Positions 54,871-63,661 of a stretch of DNA of 64,000 nucleotides are shown here, one piece after another. Origin of the DNA: a virus; IMG/VR virus record IMGVR_UViG_3300045988_163836. The stretch is one strand, 5' to 3'. The notes under the pieces were generated by a model, which saw nothing but the letters and a program-made list of their open reading frames with translations, did not search any database and had not been told where the DNA came from. Position 1 is the stretch's first letter; every line of letters begins with the position of its first letter. Position numbers and translations under genes: made by a program.

Positions 54871-55296
54871 CTACGGAGCTTTATAATCTACTCTGTCTAA
54901 TGCTCTGGTACTAATCTTCTAACCAAAAATTTTAAAATAAGCATCAACTGCTTCCTATTTAGTAGGAACTCCATTTTTATCTTTAACAGCTTTTACTATC
55001 GCTTTTTCTACATCTTCTTTATAAATTCTCTACTATGCTCCACCAGCTGCTCCTGCTTCTGCTTTCTATTTACTAACCTCTTTAGACTTATCAATAGTAA
55101 GTTTCATAGACTATAACAGCATCATAATAACTCCATAATCTTTATCATTCTCATCAGGCTCAATACCATACAATCCATAGTTAGTTAATGCACTATATAA
55201 TTTATATTTTAATTCTACATCTTCATTCTATTCAATAGTTTCTCTCATATTAGCCCAGAAGGTAAATTTTTCTTTATTCGGCTTTTCAACTGCCAT
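54871..55296 (-). CDS. Hypothetical protein of about 141 aa (TAG-recoded; five internal TAGs). The lower boundary is uncertain.
   Basis: GGAGGTAATTATTT then the ATG at 55294-55296. If the TAG at 54871-54873 is also read through, the frame stays open into the iteron array as far as a TGA near 54787. Confidence 0.4.
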
Positions 55297-55302
55297 AAAT
55301 AA

Positions 55303-55485
55303 TTACCTCCTTTGAGCTTCAACAAAATCCCTCATAAAATCATCATCAACCTTAAATATCCAGCAATTATATTCAGGATATTTGGGATTGGGCATAGTCT
55401 ATATAGGGAAATGACCATTTTCCACTAGCTTTTCCATAACAGCTAATGAATAAATAATCATATTTTTATTTTGTTCTTTGTTCAC
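55303..55485 (-). CDS. Small hypothetical protein of about 60 aa (one in-frame TAG). The start is uncertain (GTG at 55485 or ATG at 55461).
   Basis: Hand translation: VNKEQNKNMIIYSLAVMEKLVENGHFPI(Q)TMPNPKYPEYNCWIFKVDDDFMRDFVEAQRR, ending in TAA. Confidence 0.3.
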
Positions 55486-55492
55486 TTTGTAT

Positions 55493-55644
55493 TACTTCTC
55501 CTTATCAATATATTCTTTAATGGCTTTTCTAATTAATTGCGAAACACTCATATCATTTTCTTTACAGAATTCATCAATACGTGCCTTTTCTTCATCCTTA
55601 ACACGAGTTGCAATATTATGATAGCCTTCACGTTTACTTGGCAT
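55493..55644 (-). CDS. Ribbon-helix-helix (CopG/Arc/MetJ-type) DNA-binding protein, 50 aa.
   Basis: GGAGAATATAT then ATG. 'YHNIATRVKDEEKARIDEFCKENDMSVSQLIRKAIKEYI' fits the RHH beta-alpha-alpha pattern. There is no TAG. Confidence 0.55.
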
Positions 55645-55859
55645 ATATATTCTCCTTTTCTTTTATTAATCTACTATATATAAAAATATGAATAATATTC
55701 TTAACCGCGGTGGCCCAAAAAATTTTAAGTAATTTATAACAAGTTTAATTGATATAAGTTGAAATAAAAATATACCTATTGGTTTTATAAATAGTGGAAA
55801 AATATAAAAAAATTTGATAAAATATATATAAGATAAAAGATAAGAAAGGAAAATCTTAA

Positions 55860-56327
55860 ATGCCAAATTATCGTGAACAAAATGGCGAAGTTGGTAGCTA
55901 CAACAATCTTAAAGTCTGGGTCCTTAATGGTGAAGAGTTCCAGAAGAGGCTACTCACCAAGGGCGGACTTAGTGCTACTACTATCTACTGCCTTAAAGAT
56001 TATGACCCCTATCATAAATTACTGCCCGACTGCATGTATGCCTATATGATTAACCCCAATGATAAAGATAATCTTTACTGCCTTGGCACTATGGGCAATT
56101 ATGGAAAAGTGAATTTCAAGAAAAATATTGCAGCATGTGAAAAATTCGCACTCGCCCCTAAGCCTACTCCTAAGCCCGCATTTGAAATAGATACCACTAA
56201 TTATGGCGACGCACCTACTCTTACAACTATTGACAGCATTCTGGCCGATATCCAAAAGTGGAATACACAAATTAATTATGCTGACTATACTAAAACAGTG
56301 GATAAATATCTGGAGGCTCTTGTATGA
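55860..56327 (+). CDS. Hypothetical protein, 155 aa.
   Basis: Track ORF with GAAAGGAAAATCTTAA then ATG. A very AT-rich conserved promoter-like block lies upstream. Confidence 0.55.
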   Translation: MPNYREQNGEVGSYNNLKVWVLNGEEFQKRLLTKGGLSATTIYCLKDYDPYHKLLPDCMYAYMINPNDKDNLYCLGTMGNYGKVNFKKNIAACEKFALAPKPTPKPAFEIDTTNYGDAPTLTTIDSILADIQKWNTQINYADYTKTVDKYLEALV

Positions 56328-56533
56328 AAAAGTTTATGTAGTTTGCCCTAGATGATAATAATATATTTTTCTATGTCGTTAATGATATTGTAAACGTAAA
56401 ATTCTATACTCAAAATGAATTAAATAATGAATTAACAATGGAACTTACAACTAAATCTAACGGTATTGAAACATTTACATTCGATAACATAAGAGATTAT
56501 CAAGACGCTATAGATACATTTAATGACTTATGA
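56324..56533 (+). CDS. Small hypothetical protein of about 69 aa with one in-frame TAG (at the 6th codon).
   Basis: ATGA overlap with the upstream stop. The frame runs MKKFM(TAG)FALDDNNIFFYVVNDIVNVKFYTQNELNNELTMELTTKSNGIETFTFDNIRDYQDAIDTFNDL to a TGA that overlaps the next ATG. Confidence 0.3.
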
Positions 56534-56826
56534 TTAATCCATATTTCACATTTACAACAGATAATAAAAATTTTTGCTGCTATAAAACATCGGCCATCCT
56601 CTACGTTAGTTTTTATACCGACCCAAATGAAAAATATAAAATGCAAATTCAAACTGTAGGAGATACCACAGAAGAGACGATAGCTGTTTATTCCTTCAAA
56701 GATAAAAAATATTGGGATGCTGCCCAAGATAAATGGATGGATATTATGCGAGCCGCACGCAATGAAGCAGTAAATAATACCAATATGAAATATTACGGTA
56801 GCTATGGAGATGTTGACCCATGGTAA
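56530..56826 (+). CDS. Hypothetical protein, 98 aa.
   Basis: Track ORF with ATGA overlap. Confidence 0.5.
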   Translation: MINPYFTFTTDNKNFCCYKTSAILYVSFYTDPNEKYKMQIQTVGDTTEETIAVYSFKDKKYWDAAQDKWMDIMRAARNEAVNNTNMKYYGSYGDVDPW

Positions 56827-57020
56827 TTACTATCTATACAGGCCTTCAACGCAAACATCAAGTGAAAAATGACATTCGCTTCGTAAAAGGCGACAATACT
56901 ACTAACACTATTCATGTTACCTTTTGGAGTGGTAGAAAAGCTAAATACAAATGTGATGATAAAATCTATTATATTGCCGCATATGAGAGACTTCGCCGAA
57001 ACATTCAATATCCATTTTAA
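56820..57020 (+). CDS. Hypothetical protein, 66 aa.
   Basis: Track ORF. Confidence 0.4.
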   Translation: MVITIYTGLQRKHQVKNDIRFVKGDNTTNTIHVTFWSGRKAKYKCDDKIYYIAAYERLRRNIQYPF

Positions 57021-57080
57021 TTGAAAAATAAATAAAAATATTATAAAATATATATATAAACAATAGAGGAAAAATAAAAA

Positions 57081-57374
57081 ATGGATAAAAACTTATTTGC
57101 TAAACTTACTACTCTTACCTCTGAAGCGGAAGCCAACAAGGAACGTGCGGCAACTGAAAGAGCAGAAGAAATCATCACAAATAATACGCCGGCAATGCTA
57201 CAAGCGGCAACAAATGGTGCATATGCCTATACCATTGTCATTTCTCCCGATGATACTCCGTCATCAAGCAATTATACCGTTAAGAAACTTCAAGAAATTC
57301 TTAATTCTAATAAGTTTACAACTTGTTTTACCAATAATACGATGATTGTAAGGTGGCGTCCGAATGAATCTTGA
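57081..57374 (+). CDS. Hypothetical protein, 97 aa.
   Basis: Track ORF with AGAGGAAAAATAAAAA then ATG. Confidence 0.55.
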   Translation: MDKNLFAKLTTLTSEAEANKERAATERAEEIITNNTPAMLQAATNGAYAYTIVISPDDTPSSSNYTVKKLQEILNSNKFTTCFTNNTMIVRWRPNES

Positions 57375-57639
57375 CGAATATCTTGACCGTGCAACTGAAA
57401 TGCGGAATGAGATTGCGGCCTATGATGAGAAGATAGTACGCCTTTTGGACAAAAGAGTTCAATTGGCAAAAAACTTGGTAGAACTCAAAAAAGAACATTC
57501 TCGTCCCGCATATACACCAATAGTAGAAGAAAAGAAGATAGAGTATTTAAGCACTCTAACTTCTTATCCAGATTTAATTAAAATGATATGGCCTATGATT
57601 ATGGGCTATAGCCGCATCCCCTATAACGAAAGGATTTAA
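57364..57639 (+). CDS. Hypothetical protein, 91 aa.
   Basis: Track ORF overlapping the upstream stop. Confidence 0.5.
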   Translation: MNLDEYLDRATEMRNEIAAYDEKIVRLLDKRVQLAKNLVELKKEHSRPAYTPIVEEKKIEYLSTLTSYPDLIKMIWPMIMGYSRIPYNERI

Positions 57640-57640
57640 T

Positions 57641-57793
57641 TATGAAAATGAAAAACAATGTCTCCGGTAAGACTTATACGATCGCACAAATTTTCCGAGA
57701 CGATAGCGGATATTTCCGTGTCCTTTACTTTGATCCCGAAGCAAATAGATGGCTAACCGAAAGCCTCAACTTCTTTACTCCAGTAGAAAACTA
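57641..57793 (+). CDS. Small hypothetical protein, 50 aa.
   Basis: Hand-translated as MKMKNNVSGKTYTIAQIFRDDSGYFRVLYFDPEANRWLTESLNFFTPVEN. Confidence 0.35.
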
Positions 57794-57821
57794 ACTAAAA
57801 TTAAGAAAGGAAAAGACGTAA

Positions 57822-59192
57822 ATGTATAATGTATATATTTGTAAAGTAAAAAACATTAGACCTGCGGAAAATGCTGACCGTCTGAATACCTGTGAAGTAT
57901 TTGGTATTACTACCATTGTTGATAAATCCGTGAATGAAAATGACCTTTACGTCTATTTTCCTACGGATGGTCAGATTAGCGAAGAGTTTGGTAAGGCAAA
58001 TGATCTCTTCCGCCGCCAGGATGAAAATGGTAATCCGGCTGGTGGTTTCATTGACCCTGTGAAGCGTAATATTGGTGCAATTCGTCTACGCGGCAATAAG
58101 TCTGAAGGCCTGGTACTTCCGCTTACTTGTCTTGCTTCTTTTGGCGACATTAGCAATCTAGCTGAAGGTGATATTGTATCTACCTTTAATGGTCATGTGA
58201 TTGCCGAGAAGTACGTGCCGATGCATAAGCCCAGAGCTTCACAACCTACTGCACGCGGCGAACGCGACCGTAAGTCTGCAAAGAAATGCCGCATTAAGTA
58301 CCCGTTCTTCGCAGAACATATTGATACTCCGCAGCTTCGTTTTAATATGGATATGTTTAAACCGGGTGATATCATTTGCCTGACCGAGAAAGTTCATGGT
58401 ACCAGCTCTCGAAACGCATATCAAACTGCAATTATTGGTGAAAACGGTTTCTTCCTTACTAAACTTATTGCACACAGCAATTGGTTACCGAAGAAATGGC
58501 GTATGTCTGCACAGTCCCACCTTACTCCTAAAACTGAAATGCGTTATCTAATTGGCACTCGCCGCACTGTTCTTACCAATAATAGTGTTGGCGGTTTCTA
58601 TGGTAATGATGATTTCCGTAGAGCTTGGGGCGAACGTTTCAAGGGTAAGCTTCTGCCCAATGAGGAATGCTTCGGTGAAATTGCAGGATTCTATGCTCCT
58701 AACGCACCTATTATGACGCCGGGTGATAACACTAAAACTAAAGATAAAGCATTTATCAAACAATATGGTAAGACCACTACCTTCTCTTATGGTTGTTCTC
58801 CTACTGGTGACAATAAGCATCTTAATCGCTATTTTGTTTATCGTATGACTTATACCACTCCAGAAGGAGTAGTAATTGAATATCCTTGGGACCTTGTTAA
58901 GCAACGTGCTGAACAGATGGGTTTTGAAACTGTGCCTGAACTTGAACGTTTTATTTACACCACTGAAGAGGATTTTCTAGCACGAATTGCTAAATATGAG
59001 GATATTCCTTCTACGATTGATTCTTCTCATGTTATTGAGGGCGTAGTTATTCGTAAGATGAACGGCACTCGTTTCGATGTTGCAAAAGATAAATCTTATA
59101 ATTTTAAAGTGCTTGAGAACCTGATTAAGGTTGATGCAGAAGTGCCTGACATGGAAGAAATTGAAGAAGAAATGACTTTGGAGGATAATTAA
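57822..59192 (+). CDS. ATP-dependent RNA ligase, 456 aa, with an N-terminal OB-like domain (Rnl2/Rnl5-like nucleotidyltransferase).
   Basis: 'LTEKVHGTSSRN' matches the KxHGxN motif I variant of the Rnl2/DraRnl-type ligases. The N-terminal roughly 150 aa look OB-like, which is the Rnl5 arrangement. RBS AAGGAAAAG. Confidence 0.5.
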   Translation: MYNVYICKVKNIRPAENADRLNTCEVFGITTIVDKSVNENDLYVYFPTDGQISEEFGKANDLFRRQDENGNPAGGFIDPVKRNIGAIRLRGNKSEGLVLPLTCLASFGDISNLAEGDIVSTFNGHVIAEKYVPMHKPRASQPTARGERDRKSAKKCRIKYPFFAEHIDTPQLRFNMDMFKPGDIICLTEKVHGTSSRNAYQTAIIGENGFFLTKLIAHSNWLPKKWRMSAQSHLTPKTEMRYLIGTRRTVLTNNSVGGFYGNDDFRRAWGERFKGKLLPNEECFGEIAGFYAPNAPIMTPGDNTKTKDKAFIKQYGKTTTFSYGCSPTGDNKHLNRYFVYRMTYTTPEGVVIEYPWDLVKQRAEQMGFETVPELERFIYTTEEDFLARIAKYEDIPSTIDSSHVIEGVVIRKMNGTRFDVAKDKSYNFKVLENLIKVDAEVPDMEEIEEEMTLEDN

Positions 59193-59195
59193 TGG

Positions 59196-59412
59196 ATTTA
59201 ATTATAGGAGTTTTTATCCTCTGTATATTTGCCGTTTTAGTTGGAGCAGCATTAGGGAGTGAAATATAATGATTGTAATAGTATTATGTACCTTAATTGG
59301 TGCAGTTATTGGAATTGTATTAGCGAGGGCTACTGATTAATGGAACTATTTTTCTTAACCATTTTTATTTGTCTTACCTTTTATGCTCTTGGCAGTTTGT
59401 ACAATGATTAAA
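59196..59412 (+). other. Three tandem micro-ORFs of 23-25 aa encoding hydrophobic single-helix peptides.
   Basis: MDLIIGVFILCIFAVLVGAALGSEI, MIVIVLCTLIGAVIGIVLARATD and MELFFLTIFICLTFYALGSLYND, each with its own ATG and stop. Confidence 0.3.
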
Positions 59413-59492
59413 ATATTTATTTTTGGTTTTGTAATCATTGCATTCGTAATGTATTTATTCTGTAAAACAAACGATTTATAAGGAGAAATAAT

Positions 59493-59792
59493 ATGAGAAG
59501 TAGAAGTAGCGTCCTGATTGTTATTATTGTTGTGGCTCTTGTAATTGGTATGTTGATTTTTACATTCAGTGGTGCGAATTTCCAGCGTACCTTAAAGAGT
59601 TGGAGAAGTAATTACACTGGCGGTCTTTATCGTATTGTGTCTGTCTATGATTACAATGGTAATCTCTTGCGGGAATATGGTCCGGCAATGATTGATATTA
59701 GTGAATCAGAAAATGAAACATTCTTTGATTATAATGGTAATCGTGTCGTAATTCATAATGCTATTGTAATCGTTGAAGAAGTAAATAGATAA
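59493..59792 (+). CDS. Membrane-anchored hypothetical protein, 99 aa.
   Basis: Track ORF with RBS AAGGAG. A terminator follows at about 59795-59830. Confidence 0.55.
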   Translation: MRSRSSVLIVIIVVALVIGMLIFTFSGANFQRTLKSWRSNYTGGLYRIVSVYDYNGNLLREYGPAMIDISESENETFFDYNGNRVVIHNAIVIVEEVNR

Positions 59793-59879
59793 TCAAAGAG
59801 CCAGAGTAAATCTGGCTCTTTTATTTTTATAAAAAAATTTGTTAAAATATATATATAAAAATGAGGGAGAAAATAAATT

Positions 59880-60212
59880 ATGAAGTATGTTGCTTATGAT
59901 TATTTTGATAACTTCTATCCTGGTATTCTTGGTATCTGTAATACTGAAGCTGATGTGCAGGAACTGATTCTTGCCGCCGCCGAAGAAGAAGCATATAGGG
60001 CATTCCTTGATGATTATTATTATAATGAAACAGAAATTACAGTAAAACCTGGTGAAAATCCTATGGAAGTTTATCTCAATGATAAAGTTCTTGACTGGAA
60101 AGAGTATAATAAATTTAGATTTCCATTTGACGATAAAGATATTTCTTTCTATGGTTGGACTCTTCTTATGGCTGGTGAATATTATAACTATTCTATTGGA
60201 GAGGAGTACTAA
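59880..60212 (+). CDS. Hypothetical protein, 110 aa. Member 1 of a four-gene tandem paralog array.
   Basis: Starts MKY... and carries the motif 'CNTEADVQELILAAAEEEAY'. Confidence 0.55.
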   Translation: MKYVAYDYFDNFYPGILGICNTEADVQELILAAAEEEAYRAFLDDYYYNETEITVKPGENPMEVYLNDKVLDWKEYNKFRFPFDDKDISFYGWTLLMAGEYYNYSIGEEY

Positions 60213-60488
60213 ATGAAATATTTAATTTCTGAAATTGATGATGATGCTTGTTGTGAAATCCCTCGATATATTTGCAACACTCGTGCAGATGCCGAAGAAG
60301 CTATTCTGGCATTAACTGAAGAAGATGTATATTATCAAGCAATGTATGAAGGTGTAGATAATTTCTTCAATAACAGTTTTGAATTTAGAAAATCAAGACA
60401 TCCAGAAATGAAATGCAAAACTCATTACGGCACAGCTCTTTGGTTTATGAGTGGTCGATTTATTATTGAAGAATTAGGAGAATATTAA
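60213..60488 (+). CDS. Hypothetical protein, 91 aa. Paralog 2.
   Basis: Starts MKY... and carries 'CNTRADAEEAILALTEEDVYY'. Confidence 0.55.
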   Translation: MKYLISEIDDDACCEIPRYICNTRADAEEAILALTEEDVYYQAMYEGVDNFFNNSFEFRKSRHPEMKCKTHYGTALWFMSGRFIIEELGEY

Positions 60489-60490
60489 TT

Positions 60491-60784
60491 ATGAAAATTT
60501 ATACAGTTATAGATAGTAATAATTATGGTGAAATTAATAATTATGGTAATAACTATGAAGTATATTCTTTTAGAAATCTTAATGACGCACAAGAATTTGT
60601 TCTTTCATGCGTAGAACAAGAAAGTTTAAATACATATAATCATCTAATATCTATTTACACTGAAGAAAATGTTTTAACAGAATGGAAAAGATTAGCTTCT
60701 AAATATAACAAAACTCTTGAAGGTTATATACTTTATAAGGGCGGATATAATTTAAATGGAATTTATGAAAGTGAGCTTAATTAA
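60491..60784 (+). CDS. Hypothetical protein, 97 aa. Paralog 3 (divergent).
   Basis: Starts MKIY... and carries 'FRNLNDAQEFVLSCVEQE'. Confidence 0.5.
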   Translation: MKIYTVIDSNNYGEINNYGNNYEVYSFRNLNDAQEFVLSCVEQESLNTYNHLISIYTEENVLTEWKRLASKYNKTLEGYILYKGGYNLNGIYESELN

Positions 60785-61060
60785 ATGAAATATGTTGTTT
60801 GGGATAGTTGCAGTGATGATTTAATCTGCTGCGATAGCCGAGCCTCCGCCGAAGAACTTGTTCTATCTATCGCCGAAGAAGAAGCATTTATCGAATATAA
60901 TTATGGCATTAATAAACTTGATGATGCCGATACTCTTGAAGAATATACAGATACATTACGTGATTGGTGGAAGAAATATCAGTGTAGTAATAAATGTATT
61001 GCTCTTTTCTTTGGCGGAATTAATTACTACATTAGAGCTATTCCAAGTTTGGAGGATTAA
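60785..61060 (+). CDS. Hypothetical protein, 91 aa. Paralog 4.
   Basis: Starts MKY... and carries 'CDSRASAEELVLSIAEEEAF'. Confidence 0.55.
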   Translation: MKYVVWDSCSDDLICCDSRASAEELVLSIAEEEAFIEYNYGINKLDDADTLEEYTDTLRDWWKKYQCSNKCIALFFGGINYYIRAIPSLED

Positions 61061-61062
61061 AT

Positions 61063-61293
61063 ATGTATTTTAGATATAAAGTAAATTGGAATTATGATGA
61101 CAAGTCAAAAGATGAGACAGGACTCGTATATTCTGATAATGACGTTGATGAAGGATATACTGATGCTATGGAAAAGATTTACCAGTATTTTGATAGCATT
61201 AATAAGGTAGAGCTTGAAGCATTCGCCCCTGATGATTGTCTTGAAGTAAGTGCCGAAGCACTTGATGCAATTCAGGAGAATGTGCTGTGGTAA
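61063..61293 (+). CDS. Hypothetical protein, 76 aa.
   Basis: Track ORF. Confidence 0.5.
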   Translation: MYFRYKVNWNYDDKSKDETGLVYSDNDVDEGYTDAMEKIYQYFDSINKVELEAFAPDDCLEVSAEALDAIQENVLW

Positions 61294-61502
61294 ATTTGCG
61301 TCGATGCGGCAGATGCGGCTATCGTGTTCAAGGTCAATGCCGCATCGTCTCTGGCTTGCGTGTCGATGATGAAGATCCAGGCTGTAAATTCTTCTGCTCT
61401 AACCCACCGCATTGTACCAGGTGTGGCACTATCCTTCAAAATAATCAAGTTCTTATCGTAGATGATAAAATTTATTGTAAAAATTGTGGGAGTAATATAT
61501 GA
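61287..61502 (+). CDS. Zinc-ribbon protein, 71 aa (three CxxC pairs).
   Basis: Track ORF with CGRCG, CTRCG and CKNCG. Confidence 0.5.
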   Translation: MVNLRRCGRCGYRVQGQCRIVSGLRVDDEDPGCKFFCSNPPHCTRCGTILQNNQVLIVDDKIYCKNCGSNI

Positions 61503-61705
61503 TTTATAAAATTAAAGCTGAAGGATATCCATATCCTATTCATGTTAATACTGCTGTTATTCCTATTATGTATATCATTAAAATTGAAAAAAATTTGTAC
61601 GAATTAACAATGGTTGAATCTTTATCAAAAAGGTATAAACTTACTATTAATGCTCTCGAAAACCGCGATTTTATTGAATTTATGGGAGGGAAAGTAGAAG
61701 AATGA
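61499..61705 (+). CDS. Hypothetical protein, 68 aa.
   Basis: Track ORF. Confidence 0.45.
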   Translation: MIYKIKAEGYPYPIHVNTAVIPIMYIIKIEKNLYELTMVESLSKRYKLTINALENRDFIEFMGGKVEE

Positions 61706-62199
61706 TTTTTTTCTTGATCGCCGCTGCCATTACCATTGTTTATAGTATTCAGCAGTATATTAAATATTATAGCTTTTCAAAAATTTGGAAGTGGTTTAAG
61801 GCCGAATTTCTATGGGCAGCCGTTTGTACTTGTATGGCCGCCATCGTTATCAGTTCACTATTTGCTGTTGTTTATTGTGGAATTCCTGACAGCAAAGAAC
61901 ATTCAGTAATTGAAGTAGAAAACTATCACGAACTTAAACCTATGTCAGAAGATACTTATATTCAATGGGGCAGTAATAATTCTGTTATTGTTCTTTTGGA
62001 TAATGGCTATTATCAGACATATAAACTTGATAATAGTTCAGTATTTATTAAGACTTGTGCCGATGGCGAAGTACCTAATGTAAAAACAATTAATTATACA
62101 AAATATGATGATTATCGTCAGTGGCTCTGTCTCTGGAATGCCTTGAATAGTGAGACATTTATTACACTTCCTCCTGGAGTTTGTAAACCTATTACATAA
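61702..62199 (+). CDS. Membrane protein, 165 aa, with two N-terminal transmembrane segments.
   Basis: Track ORF. A terminator follows at about 62200-62240. Confidence 0.5.
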   Translation: MIFFLIAAAITIVYSIQQYIKYYSFSKIWKWFKAEFLWAAVCTCMAAIVISSLFAVVYCGIPDSKEHSVIEVENYHELKPMSEDTYIQWGSNNSVIVLLDNGYYQTYKLDNSSVFIKTCADGEVPNVKTINYTKYDDYRQWLCLWNALNSETFITLPPGVCKPIT

Positions 62200-62305
62200 G
62201 GTCGGTTGGCTATCCCAATCGGCCTTATTTATTTTTATAAAAAAATATTATAAAATATTTATATAAAGAAATGAGAAATAAAAAAATTGTCAAGGAGGAT
62301 ATATC

Positions 62306-62659
62306 ATGAGTGTTGAATATGAAGTATTTGTAGGCCGCGGTTTTATGTTTGGTGAAGGTAATGTTCCTTCATTTAAAGAATATTGTGAACGAGCAAAAAT
62401 TGATCCGAATGAAACATTTGAAATTCTTCAAGAAGATGACCTTGTAATTTCTGATTGCTATGGCTATGATTGGCTGGACCATGTCTTCTTTGGTTATCGC
62501 CTTTTTAGTATTGACCTTGATTCGTCATTCAATTATAATCGTCTTAACCATTTTGAAATTGATGTAAATAAGGAACATGAAATGGAAAAAAAGTTTAATG
62601 AAGTGTTTGGCGAATATCCGCCGATTTTTAGCAATTATATTGCAGAAAGGGCATATTAA
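62306..62659 (+). CDS. Hypothetical protein, 117 aa.
   Basis: Track ORF with RBS AAGGAGG. Confidence 0.55.
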   Translation: MSVEYEVFVGRGFMFGEGNVPSFKEYCERAKIDPNETFEILQEDDLVISDCYGYDWLDHVFFGYRLFSIDLDSSFNYNRLNHFEIDVNKEHEMEKKFNEVFGEYPPIFSNYIAERAY

Positions 62660-62991
62660 TGAATGGCTTAATTGTTATTAATCATTTGCCGCTTGATGAA
62701 GGCAATTATGATTTTATGGACACCTATGATTTCATTGCTCTTGAACGCAAACTAACGTGGAAAGAGACATTTGCCGAAATTGAAGAAGTGCGGCGGGCAG
62801 TTGTAGAAGATGTAGCAGATGAACTTATCTATTACATCCAAAAGCAAATGTATGAAACAAGTCTGGAAGCAACAGAACAGTGGTTCCTCTATGAAACCTC
62901 TTGTCTCTTGGGTGAAGGTAAGCTGGCATTTATGTCTTATGTAGACAAATATCTTGAATTTATTTATGTGGAGGATGTAAAACAATGGTAA
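62659..62991 (+). CDS. Hypothetical protein, 110 aa.
   Basis: Track ORF. Confidence 0.5.
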   Translation: MNGLIVINHLPLDEGNYDFMDTYDFIALERKLTWKETFAEIEEVRRAVVEDVADELIYYIQKQMYETSLEATEQWFLYETSCLLGEGKLAFMSYVDKYLEFIYVEDVKQW

Positions 62992-63320
62992 AGACTGATG
63001 AAGAGAGACTGATTGCAGAAGGCGTAATTGGCGAAAAGGATTGTGCGAGTAGAGTTATTTATAAAGCATTGAAGTCTATTCCTAATAGTGCAATGATGGT
63101 ACAGGCAAATCTGGCTAATACTCATAGCATTTGGATTGTACGTGAAGGCATGGTACAGACAGTTAAGATTGCACTTGATAGATGCGGTTATCATAAAGAT
63201 ATTGATTATACTGTTATTGATAATCCGCCTTATTATGATGCAATTTTCATTGTAGTGAAAGACCCGACAGATTATTCTAAAGGTATGTATCAGTACAGAA
63301 TTAAGGAGTGGAAGAAGTAA
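62985..63320 (+). CDS. Hypothetical protein, 111 aa.
   Basis: Track ORF. Confidence 0.5.
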   Translation: MVKTDEERLIAEGVIGEKDCASRVIYKALKSIPNSAMMVQANLANTHSIWIVREGMVQTVKIALDRCGYHKDIDYTVIDNPPYYDAIFIVVKDPTDYSKGMYQYRIKEWKK

Positions 63321-63661
63321 TGAAGAAGAATGATAAGTATTGGGAAAGTTCTCACAGCTCCAATAGTAAGAAGAATCTGAAACGTAAGGTTGTTAATCGT
63401 ATCAAGAAGATGAATAAGAATCTGCATGATGACCCTCTGTGGAGGGGCAGATTTATAATTCATTGTGATGATATTTTTCATGGCAGTTATGAAGATGGCA
63501 GCGGGAATTATGCTGTTGTGTATCTAACTATCTGGGACAAGGAAAAGAAATTGCTTGGCAATAAGAGATTTGATGACCTTGATTTTACTATGTTCAATGG
63601 TTATCATTTCTGGGAATGGGTAAATCAATTCGTCTGTGATTGTATTATGGAGGATAAATAA
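63320..63661 (+). CDS. Hypothetical protein, about 113 aa.
   Basis: An ATG at 63320 inside track ORF 63308..63661, preceded by AAGGAG. Confidence 0.5.
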   Translation: MKKNDKYWESSHSSNSKKNLKRKVVNRIKKMNKNLHDDPLWRGRFIIHCDDIFHGSYEDGSGNYAVVYLTIWDKEKKLLGNKRFDDLDFTMFNGYHFWEWVNQFVCDCIMEDK

